Position numbers and translations under genes: made by a program
Part shown: positions 34,574 to 46,643 of the stretch, one piece after another
Numbering within the stretch: the stretch's first letter is position 1
Layout: each line of letters begins with the position of its first letter
Notes under the pieces: model-generated
Database searches by the model: none
Seen by the model: the letters and a program-made list of their open reading frames with translations, nothing else
Told to the model about the DNA's origin: nothing
NCBI RefSeq assembly: GCF_006345805.1
Contig: NC_043000.1
Span: forward strand, 115,320,001-115,384,000
Direction: 5' to 3'
DNA length: 64,000 nt
DNA from: Octopus sinensis
Lineage: Eukaryota

Positions 34574-37500
34574 GGGAATAAAATAAAGAGGGCTTATGTA
34601 ATTATTGATAGCTTTTGTATGTGCGTATACGTGTGTGTGTGGTTATTTTATTTTATATATATAAAATATCTCTTTCTCTCCATGAAAATGTTGGCCATCG
34701 CTAGTGACACCAGTAGCCACGCATACACGTTTTACTTTTAACTTTTTTTCCCCTCTTCGTCTCGGTACCACGAATAAAAAGTATTTCGAGTGACGAGAAA
34801 TCGTGGATTAGAAATATTTTATAATATATGGTTGTATGTTGAAGTATGTATTTTAGTAAAACTTTACATAGAAGATATGACTTTTTTTTTTTTTTTTTAC
34901 TTATTGGCGGCTACTGAATAGTTTGCTAGGTTGGATTGGCTTCGTTGCCCATTACTTTGAGACAGTGGTGAATGTGGTTGGAATTAAATGCGTGCTTGTT
35001 TGTGTGTGTAAATGAAAGTTATAAGTTCTGTTGTGTGATAAATGGTGTCATCGATATAAGGGAGGGTTAAATAGGTTGGTTGTGTAAGCCACCATCAAGC
35101 ACACATCCACCTCTATTACTACTGCTACCAGCTCTTGGTTTATCAACCACTGACACCCACTCGTTTATTAGGTTATCGTATCGGAAGAAGAAATAAAAAA
35201 AAAAGATAACAATGATATTTCTCATTTCTTACATAAGCGATAAATACTCGGAATATTTCAGTGCAGACTAAGAGGCCTTATGTGACGTTCATGCTTTTGG
35301 TTTTTTTTAAAATTATTTTTCTTAGACTTTGGCAACCAGTCGGAAGCGGTTTCTGCTGGAAATAGGAAGAAACCTCATTGCGTTCTTGGTTCCCTCAGAT
35401 CTTAACGTTGCACAAAGCTCTCGTTATTGTCATCATCATCATCATCATCATAATAATAATGATGATGATGGTGATAACTGCTCTGCTTTTACTTTTTTTT
35501 AAACATTTTTTAAAGACTAAACAAAGATCCCCATACTGTAAAGGTGTGAGTCTTGATTTCAGTACAGGACACAATTTAAAAGGGTTTAGTTTGAATTTTT
35601 TTAGAAGTAGGGGCACTGAAATACTGGAAGTCATTTATTTGGAGCTTCATTGCTTCTCCTATCGCCTTGTAGGCTTAGAATTTGGTTGTTTCGCTCCAGG
35701 TCAACACTGATCGAGCAAACCTAATCACACACACATATATGTAATATCCAACCGCAGCTTTTTTGCTTTTCTTATGTGCTTGAGATGTTAGGACCACTTT
35801 TTCCCAACATGTCCTCTTCTAAGACGATGGGATATGATTTGAGAGGTCTGGCTGCTATTTCGAGCAGAACGACCACGTATAGGTTCTCGATACCTCAAAG
35901 GAAACTGGGTTTTTTCGCTTTTCTGTTATGTGGAAAAAATACAAGATCATCAGATGATTGCAATGTTTGTCTCGCCGAAAGTTAGTATTATCCCAAAATG
36001 AAGCAGTTCTCTATAGAAAATTGCTTTTACAATTATTTTCTCTCTGCAAAAATGGGATCTGTGCGGTGACGACCTTAGTTCTACATTCCCTTTGTCAAAT
36101 ACATCAAAGCAGCTACCTTCTATCGAGGATTGAACCCAGAAATATTGCTTTAACGTGTTTTTTTGTTTGCCTTTTTAATTTTTACCATGTAAATAGATAG
36201 GTCTATCCCATACGCCAGTCTAACGGTAATGTCATCGACACAAAGTCTCTCTCATAAGAGCAGAGAGAATGTTGTGATCTTCTTTAATCTGCTTTCGTAA
36301 GCGAACTGACATCGTTTTGGGCAGATTAACTCTATCTCCATAGCGCTCATTCATACAAGGCTACACATTTAAGAAGAAATTTTGTTTGAATTTAACCACA
36401 TTATTTGCTTCATAAAAATTTCTATTATTGTAAATGGCGAGAGATACAATCGATTATATGGGCTGGTACTTATTTTAGGTATCCCGGAAGTAGAAAATCT
36501 GGGGTTTGAGCACTGAACCTGTAGACCTAACTATCGCAAGGCGTTTTTTGTCAACCGCTTTTCTGTGACATCCTAGACTTCTTGACTTAATGGCCGAGGG
36601 AAAGTTTAGTTTTGGTACTTCAGTAGTTCTTTTTAAATCTGTCTTTGATCTTCTTTGTTTATTTTGGTTTCCGACAATTCTGCAAAAAAGTTTTTGTACC
36701 TTTGGTTTCATCATCCTAAATACTAAAATCAGATTGAACTGTGGTTAGTTTAAACGGATAACATATGCTTTGCTGCATGTGCCCTATATATATATACACA
36801 GTGTACGTGCATAAAAGAAACAGCAGATAGAATTTCGTCCTTGCCTTCCCAAGTTATAAATGCGATTTAAGGCCCAATGTCCTCTTCTCCTTTCACATTT
36901 CCCCCTCTATTTCCTATTTTCTCAAGCATATATCGCATGAGTCCGTTTCATTCATTATTATTACTTAATAGGGAGTGGAGAGTCTCGCCTCGTCTTTTAT
37001 GCTTTTTTTCATCCTCTTTGTAAGTCGGTTCCTTTTTCAACCCATTTCCTCGTTTGTGGATAGTCTTAGTTTCGACCCTATGAGTCACTTGCACAAACCC
37101 ATCAACCTTAATATAATCTTACTTCCTCTTTCACTGATTTTCAAACTAAACATTTATTAAAAAAAAAAATATTGCATGTGCAAGGTGATGCAGAAGTTGG
37201 TCGATGTAAACAGGTGCTCTTTTTGTGAAGGAGACGGGTTAGGAAAGATACCTTTAGTTTTACGTATTTTAATTATTTTTACATATCGAATGTGGGTGGA
37301 CAGTCATCGGTTATGTAGGTTTAAAATAAAAACAATGTCCTGTTTCATTTTCAACAGACACCCAGTGCTTTATCGCACTTGTACACAAGTTCTGTCTCTC
37401 ACATACACACATCTTCAAAATAACTGTTAGAGAGTTAAATTTGATCCGTGAGTTAGAGACATAGAAAGCAGCGGTAAATGATGAGTAGATTCGGTTATCT

Positions 37501-40027
37501 TTTTAAGTCATGGTGATACAGTTTTAGGTGTTGTAATTAACTACTTATTATGAATTCAAACTTTATTAGATGTGGAGAGGAAGTCACTTGAATTTGTCTC
37601 AATTTCGTTTGGCTAAAAATAGATGCTACTCTTTTATTGTTGGTTGTAGTAAAGAGATCCAATTGTGCAAACAATACCATGTCCATGTACTTAAAAAATC
37701 ATCCAGTTATATTTGCGTAATAAATTGAATATTCTGTGTGTGTGTGTGTGTGTAGACGAGCACATCTGTCCTCTTTACTGTATTGATATGATATGACAAG
37801 CTTAAACTCATATAATTGTTGTGAATCTTCAGAAATGAACTACTTTGAGAATTATATATTCATATTTTTTGCCTTCATCTATGTTTTTGATTTTCATCAT
37901 TCAGTTCAGCTTTTATTTTCTCTGTGCATATCGCACGGGTTTTATTTAACATAGCATCTGGGTTTCTTGTTTGATTGATTTCATTGATTTTAACCTCTGT
38001 GTCACAATCTTGTGATAAGTGTGAAGAATATGTACATATGTATGGGGAAAAAAAAATTAGTCCAGGAATTAGCGGAATTATTCTCAGCGTAGGCTCAATC
38101 GATAGAAATGTATCCTTGATAGACAGAAAATGTGGTTCATAAATGTTGGCAGCTATTGCAATTAATTAATTGGGGGCGGGGACAACTAATGATGATTTGT
38201 CTATGTCCCCTGTAAATTATCAGTTTGGCGAAAGATAGAATAAGTACCAGACTTAAAACGAGTGTTGGAGTTGATCTGTTTGACTAAAACCTTTCAAGCA
38301 GTGCCCCAGCAGGGCCACAGTCTAATAACTGACACAAGTAAAAGAAAAAAAACCCAGATGTTTTCATTGTGCTTTAGTTGGAAATACTTATCTTTGTCTC
38401 AGCACTTTCTGTTTGTTTTATTATGTTCGTTTTTCCCTGCTAGCATGGGTTAGACAAATATTGTTTAGGTATTGTTTATAGCTGGACGTCCTTCTCGTTG
38501 CTGTAAGTGTTAACTTTTTCCAACAAGGAATCTCTTACGCTACACAATGCTTTCGAAGTTACAAAGATCAGCAGTTTATTTCTTGGTTGGGAAAATGATA
38601 ACCACATGACTGCTTGCTGCTCATTGATTTTTGGAGAAGCACAAATGTAAACATGGTTAATAACTTGCTTCCTCACCACATGGTTTTGACTTCAGTTCTA
38701 CTGTGTGACATCTTTGACAACTGTCGTCTACTATACCCCCCTCCCCAATGGCTCACCAAAGCCTTGGAATGGATTGTGTAGGTGGAAATTGAAAAAAGCG
38801 CATTTACTATTTATATTTATGTGGGTGTCCTTGTCTTGGCATTGTGTGATAGTTGCAGACGAATGTCATTGTTATGCAGGCTGTGTCATTCATTTCTATT
38901 ATTCTGTGAAAATCATGTCTGGCCATAGGGAATTATTACCTTGCTTGGAAACAGGTGAGGGTTAGCAGCAGGGAGGGCATCTGGTCATACAAAGTCAATC
39001 TCAGTCGACTTCAGCTGACCAATGCAAGCATGGTAAAGTAGGTGTTAAAATGCTAGTAGTGGGTCCTTTTGGTTTCCATCTATCAAATCCTCTCACGGGT
39101 TTTGCTTGGCCTGGAGCTATGGTAGAAGGTGCTGAAAGTGCTGTGCAGTGGGACTGAACCTAAAACCACATGGTTGGGAAGTGAAAAATGCTTTATCTTA
39201 CTGCCATGTTTATGTTGAATCTTTAGCTTCTTATTTGCTGAACTGTTTATACATTGGTGGCAACAGTTTGATATGATATTGGTGATTTAGTAGGTCACTT
39301 GTCAGGGTGGAGGCTATTATGTCCAATAGTAATTTATTGAACACTGAAGACAAGTGTCATTAAAAAAAACAAAACCTCTTGTTATTTTTGAAGATAACTG
39401 TTAAATGTATATTTATTAGTTGGAGACCATTTTCCTCTGACTAGAAACTATAACGACTAATATGTTCTCATATTTTGTTGTGATACTCGGTGGGGTTTGA
39501 TTTGAAATTCTTTGATGTTAGTTTTTTTTTTTTTAAATTGATCTCATTTCAGTACAGTAGTCCAAAGCATAGATTCACATCTACTGTCATAGGTTATTTA
39601 AAACAAAACAAAACAAACACCTGACAGGTGTGGCAAGAATGATTTTATAGACGTGTTTATGGCAGTCTGCTTCTGCTGTGTCATGTAATTAGAGCTTGTT
39701 AATTGCCTCTCCTCAACCCCTCTCTTTATCAGTTAGTTTAGATTTCCCCTCATATTTTCTCAGATCAATTAAAGAACCTGTGTTCTTATGAATATAAAAT
39801 TTGTTCCAGTTCCCATATTTTCTAGTGACATCAAAGGAATCAATAAAGAAAATAAGGCCTGTGATAGAGAGAGAGAGGGGGCAGAGAAAACTAGGAAGCA
39901 TAGAGAAAAGAGAAATCTGTACCATGATTAGCTGAGATTGTACTTTATGAGATAATACCTCCTACTACTGGTGAGCTTGGTCTTAATCAAGGCTGCTAAT
40001 TCCAGAAAGCAGCAAATTAATTAATAA

Positions 40028-40790
40028 AACAAGAGTACTCAGAAACCTGGACATTATCAAAGAAGCTGGAGAGGCAGTTGGATGGAACTTACACTCGCCT
40101 CCTTATGAGAGCTCAAAATCTCTAGTGGAAGCATCATCCAACCAAAGTACAAATATATGGGAAACTACCACCTGTATCATCTCTTGTGAAAGGTAGAAGA
40201 GTCCAGTTTGCTGGACATTGTTGTAGAGCTGAAAACGAGGTAATTTCTACTCTTCTCCTCTGGAAGCCATCTGCTCGCGATACCTGAGGGCGCACACTCT
40301 CCTACCCTGATGTAATCTCCAGGGATACAGGCATCCAGCAACAGGATCTCCGTAACGCTATGATGGACCATGAAGTCTGGCATAACATAGTAAATTCCAT
40401 TGTTTCGACCGCTGTCGAACAATGATGATGACTCAGTGAGTGCAAACCTTCACCAACGCAACACCAGTGTCCTCTCAACAATTAGCCAGAGATGATTTTT
40501 AAAATGAGAATATCGGAAATAAGCTCAACTGCTCTTACAAATGGGAATACTAAAAATTAACCTGACCACTTGAGTAAAAAAAAAAAATAAAACAGGAAAA
40601 ATAATCCAGAATCCTTGTCTGGTACCATATTGATCCCAAAATCTAATTGGTTCGTGCCAGTCACGAGGCCAAATATTCCTGAAAGTTTCACCCGAATCCA
40701 TCCAGCGGTTCTTGAGATATGTTGTCCATGGACTAACATACAAACACAACTGAAAACAATACCTCTGCCTTCGTTAAGGTGGAGGTAATA
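40028..40790 (+). mobile_element. DINE-1/HINE-like non-autonomous element (host of the RTE insertion)
   Basis: Starts AACAAGAG and ends ATACCTCTGCCTTCGTTAAGGTGGAGGTAATAA with a terminal hairpin. The architecture resembles Helentron-associated elements. Confidence 0.45.
40043..40430 (+). mobile_element. RTE-clade LINE 3' fragment nested in a HINE-like element
   Basis: Near-identical to ~61468-61854 and flanked by an ACTCAG duplication. Confidence 0.8.
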
Positions 40791-43209
40791 ATTAAAGTTG
40801 ATATTCAGCATTTTCATGGCACCATTCCTTTTTCCATTGACTGGATAATTCTGTCATTCTGTGTTCAGTTCTGACATGCAAGCAGCACATACCTTGGTTT
40901 CTCATTTACTACTCTTTTGTCTTTAGATTGTGGCCATGATAGAGCACTAGTTGAATGAATCAACCACCCTAGTACTTTTTTTTAAAGCCTTTTAATTTTC
41001 TTGGTCTCTTTTGCTGCATTGCTAAGTTACAGGGGTGTAAGCACACCGACATTGGTTGTCAAGTGGTGATAGGAGACATCACAGACACAATCCTTCACTC
41101 TCACACACACGATGGGTTTCTTTCAGTCTCTATCTATTAAATCCACTCACAAGACTTTGGTTGGCTCGTGGCTATACTGGAAGACACACGACCAAAGTAC
41201 CATGCAGTGGGACTGAACCCAGAACCATGTGCTTGGGACGTAAGCTTCTTACCACACAGCCTCACCTGCATCTCTACTGTTCCTTTTATTTCTTGGTGAT
41301 ATAGTTGAACTATCAAACAACATGCGTAGAACATCAACATCAAGGGATTTTGTCATCAGTAGGACATGGTCATTATGTTAGAATTACAACAGTTATTCTT
41401 CTCTACTCCAGGCACAAGGCCTGAAATTTTGTGGGGTGGGGACCAGTCGATTAGCTTGACACCGGTATGCAACTGGTACTTAATTTATCAACTCCAAAAA
41501 GACGAAAGGTAAAGTCAACCTTGGCGGAATTTGAACTCGGAACGTAAAGACAGACAAAATACCACTAAGCATTTCGTCTGGCATGCTAACGTTTCTTATT
41601 TCTTAATTGCCCACAAGGGGCTAAACATAGAGGGGACAAACAAAGGGATTAAGTCGATTACATCGACCCTGGAAGGATGAAAGGCAAAATTGACCTCGGC
41701 GGAATTTGAACTCAGAACGTAGTGACAGATGAAATACCGCTAAGCGTTTTGCCCTGTGTGCTAACGTTTCTGCCAGCTCGCCGCCTTATGACAGTTACTA
41801 TTTCCTGTTTATCCATGCTGAAAGAAAAATACTTAATTATCTAAGTCCTCATTATTATTATTAAGGTGATGAACTAGCAGAACTGTTACACACTGAACAA
41901 AATGCTGCTAAGCGTTTCATCTGTCTTTATATTCTGAGGTCAACTTTGTCTTACTTCTTTATGGAGTTCATGTAATTGACTCACCCTCTCCCTCAAAATT
42001 TCAGGCCTTGTGCCTGTCATAGAAAGAATTATTATTTACTTATCAGGTGTCATCATCACAGTTTTAACTTCACTTTTCCACGCTTGCATGAGTTGGATTG
42101 ATATTCACGAGCCAGATTTTCCACAACCAGGTGTCTGTTTTGTTTCCAGGTAAGGTAATATTTCCCCATGACCTGATATGTCCTGGCAGACTGGAAACAA
42201 AGGACACCGCTTGCATGAGGGTGACACTTGCTTATGGCTATCACACGATATCAAAGATACACACACACATAAAAGGCGGCGAGCTGGCAGAAACGTTAGC
42301 ACACCGGGTGAAATGTGTAGCCATATTTCATCTGCTGTTACGTTCTGAGTTCAAATTCCGCCGAGGTCGACTTTGCCTTTCATCCTTTTGGGGTCGATAA
42401 ATTAAGTACCAGTTATGCACTGGGGTCGATGTAATCAACTTAATCCGTTTGTCTGTCCTTGTTTGTCCCCTCTATGTTTAGCCCCTTGTGGGTAATAAAG
42501 AAACAGATATCAAAGATACACACACACTAATATATGACGGACTTCTTTCAGTTTCCATCTACCAGATTGACTCTCAGAGCTAGGGTGGAAGACACTCCCC
42601 CAAGGTGCTATGCAAAGGAACTGAACCTAAAACCATGTGCTTGGGAAGCAAACTTCTTACTACACGGTTATGCCTGCACTTAAGTGGGAATTAAAACTGG
42701 GTTGTATTAGTTAAGCTTGCTATTTCTTTATTCTGAGATTAATAACCTGATAATGGAGAAAATGGATCTCTATTAGGTTTGGGATGAGGATTCAGTTGTT
42801 TGATCATTTCAATTATCTGCTCATTGAATGAGTGTTCTACACACACACACACACACATTAATGTAACCCACAGGTAGAATCAACAGGATACATTGCATGA
42901 TATAGTTGCTATACCTTCGAATTATACGTGCAATCTATCTGCAGGGCTTCTGCATAAGTTCCTTCTTGATTTCACCCGCAAAGCTTGGTTTGGCTTGGGG
43001 CAATGTTAAACGTAAACCTGGGCACCAAACCGTCAATCGTTAATTAACAAAGTTAGCCTTTTCATTAATGATTTATCTTCCGTTAACTTCAATTCAGTTG
43101 AAGCTAACAGATTTTATAGTTTTGGCACTTTTTAAAGGTGATTTTAGAGCAAAACTGATTTCTTTTTTTCTATAATAAAAATTAATGTTAATGGTTTATT
43201 GATAACTTT

Positions 43210-43433
43210 AAGGCGGCGAGCTGGCAGAATCGTTTGCATGCCGGGCGAAATGCTTAGCGGTATTTCGTCTGCCACTACGTTCTGAGTTCAAATTCTGCCG
43301 AGGTCAACTTTGCCTTTCATCCTTTTGGGGTCGATTAAATAAGTACCAGTTACGCACTGGGGTCGACTTAATCCGTTTGTCTCTCCTTGTTTGTCCTCTC
43401 TCTGTTTAGCCCCTTGTGGGCAGTAAAGAAATA
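43210..43433 (+). mobile_element. CORE-type SINE family B (other copies 42270-42505 +, ~45445-45678 +, 47694-47907 -, 51757-51985 -, 25395-25610 -, 41396-41790 -)
   Basis: 17-bp TSD GGTTTATTGATAACTTT. Confidence 0.9.
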
Positions 43434-45793
43434 GGTTTATTGATAACTTTTGTTACATTAGGAAATAATTAACTGATTGGTGGCTATCAAAGTTAACTTT
43501 TCAATTAACAGTGCCCACCTTTGGTTAATAGTTACCTGGATGCTATACATCAGGATCGAACACAGAATCTCATAATTGTAAAGTGAAATTTTTAACCATT
43601 TGTTTATACTGAATCTATTGTATACAATTTGATTATTTTGTTTTACGATTGTTTCCTATGCTAGTGTGGATTTTGCAGAAAAAATACTGAGGTCTTTCCT
43701 GTCACTAATGCTTATGTGAAATTTTAAAGTAGGGTTATTTTATTCCACTCAACTTCAAAAGCATTGTTTTCGAGAATGGTTTGTTGACAGGGAATGATAA
43801 ACTCTACACCATTTGTAGTTCAAGACTTTCATGCTAATTGCAGGATGTAAACATTCATGCACACACACACATACATACATGCTTGTATATATTGTTTGTT
43901 TTTTATATTTTTCCATACTAGCATGGATTAGACAAATTTATTATTGATTTCAAATGTTGACACAATGCCAGCAATTTTGGGGTGGGGTAAATCAATATCA
44001 TTGACCCCCCCCCCCCCACGTACTCAATCAGTACTTATTTTATTGACCCTGGAAGGATGAAAGACAGTTGACCTCGGCAGCATTTGAACTCAGAAGTAAA
44101 TATGGACAAAATGCTGCAAAACATATTGTCTGACATGCTATCGATTCTGCTGGCTAGCTGCCTTAGACAAATATATTATTGAGCCCTTGTTTTACTGCTA
44201 AATACCCTTCCTTTTGCTAACCCATAACAAGTTTTTTCATGTAAGTGAACTCTTATTCTACACATCTTTGAAAGCACAAAGCCAGTGCTTGAATTGTTGA
44301 CAGTAGCGAATTTTTTTTCTCGCCAAGAAGCACAAATGTGAACATACATGCACACACATGATAGACTTCCATACAAATTCTATCACTTCCGCTCACAAGA
44401 TATTGGTTGCTCTGAGGCCATTCAGGTACTAAAGCCTGAAACCACATACATATAAAGTGAACTCTATATCGACACAGCTGTCCCATCGCTACTGGCAAAT
44501 TTCATTTTTTCTTAGTTGTAATAATTCGAAAAGATCCTTTTTTTTTTTTTTTTGAGATAAATTTTACAATAGCTCAGTAACCAGTTTTATGATTTTGTTG
44601 AAACCCTTAACACAGGTTGTAAGGTTCTCTTAGGAAATAGTGAATCTGAGAAAATACTGTTGCAGATATTAAACTGGCTCTTTAGCTAAGGTATTGAAAT
44701 TATGCATGGTTGGCTAAATTCTTCTCTGGTCACTGTTTTCACATGCTCGTAATCAAGCTTTAAGTTATTAATCAATGGTATTAGTAATATCTAATATTTG
44801 CCTAGTTTCAGAAACACTAATCTATCTCTTGTCAGTCTGCTCGTCTGCCTTTGTATGTATCTGTCTGTTTTTGTATGTACCTATCTGTTTATCTCTCTTT
44901 ACATACGTATGTACACTCACATAAATATGTGTGTACACCAGGTTTTAAGCTTCTAATCTGAAATTTTGAAATATCAATTTAATGCATTGTTGTACATGAA
45001 GACCCTTCTTATAGATTTTTGTTTTCATTGTTTCACAAGTATGGAATAGAAACCTTATAACCATTTTGTGGTCTCACCAACATTTTATTTAGATAAAGGT
45101 GTCTTTGTTTGATATGCAGGTAAATATTAAATATGTCACTAATTGAACAAGTACATTGATAGCATTTTGGGCAAATAGAATAAATAGCAAAGGAGGCATT
45201 TTTTTAACTGCGTTCTCTTAATATTAAAAAGATAATTAGAAACTGGTCACAGAAAGGTAAATGTCGAACAAAATGCCATAGAGCTTATCCTTTTGCGCAG
45301 TAATTAGTTTTGTTATGACGTGTTTAGTCTGATTACCTTTCTTTTATATGGAATTTGAATAATAATCTTGATGTTGGGGGTTAGAGATCTGGATTAGATT
45401 GTTTATTTACTTGACAATATTTGCGCCTGGAAACATTAGCATTAAAGGCGGGGATCTGGTAGAAACGTTAGCACATTGGGCGAAATGCTTAACGGTATTT
45501 TGTCTGCCACTATGTTCTGAGTTCAAATTCCGCCAAGGTCAACTTTGCCTTTCATCCCTTCGGGATCGATTAAATAAGTACCAGTTAAGCACTGAGGTCG
45601 ATATAATTGACTTAATCTGTTTGTCTGTCCTTGTTTGTCCCCTCTGTGTGTAGCCCCTTGTGGGCAGTAAAGAAATAAGAAACATTAGCATGCTGGGTGA
45701 AATTCTTTGTATTTCATCTGTCTTTGCGTTCTGTGTTCAAATTCCACCGAGGTCAACTTTGCCTTTCATCCTTTCGGCAGGTTGATACATTAA

Positions 45794-46013
45794 CCCTTTA
45801 GTGTTTAAACCGGCCATATCTGGCCCAGATATTCTACATGTTTTACATTCAAACGAGCGATATCTAGCCTCTCACACCTAACCTACATTGATATTCTAAA
45901 AACAAACAATCACATCATTGAAACCTCAAAGCTATAAGATAATGCATGATTAATTCAAAACAATTTGAGTGAAAAATTATTACATTTAACAGAGTAATCT
46001 GAACACTAAAGGG
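45794..46013. mobile_element. piggyBac-type MITE family 2 (copies ~20950, 23040, 27840, 48915, 62940)
   Basis: TTAA|CCCTTTAGTG...CACTAAAGGG|TTAA, inserted in the TTAA of a CORE-type SINE. Confidence 0.75.
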
Positions 46014-46422
46014 TTAAGTACCAGTTGCATACTGGGATCAATCAAATTGACTAGTCCCTCCCCCAAAATTTCAGGCCTTGTGCCTATAGTAGAAAAGGAT
46101 ATTTGCACCGTGGGTGAGTGTCTTCTACTATAGTTCCAGGCTAAACAAAGCATTGTGAGTGGATTTGGTAGACAGAAACTGAAAGAAGTCTGTCATATAT
46201 GTAAATGAGTGCCACTGTCATACATACAGTGTTGTTTATTTCCAGTGCCCTGCGAAAACATTACCTTGATTTGAAGTAGTCAAAGGTTGAGACAGGAAGG
46301 GCATCTGGTCATAAATAATCTACTTCAATAAACTCTGTCTGACCCACGCAAGCAGGCAAAAGGGGACATTAAAAGTATGATTTGCATGTTGACAGCAATG
46401 CCTGCAACAACATTGATGTTAA

Positions 46423-46643
46423 CCCTTTCGTTACTGAATTTATTTTGAGATGCTCAGTGTTTCTTCCAATTATTTTAAATATAACAAAGAATTAAGTAAA
46501 ATAACATCGTTATCATTAAGCTAGTGTTAGGGACATAAATTATGACTAAGGTTTGGTGGAAGATTTTAATTCAAAACTTTTGAAAACACGACATTTATAC
46601 TAAAGAGCCAGAGCCGGTTTCAGCCGGGTTAGTAACGAAAGGG
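46423..46643. mobile_element. piggyBac-type MITE family 1 (copy also at 48325-48546, diverged copies ~50770 and ~54435)
   Basis: TTAA|CCCTTTCGTTAC...GTAACGAAAGGG|TTAA. Confidence 0.8.
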
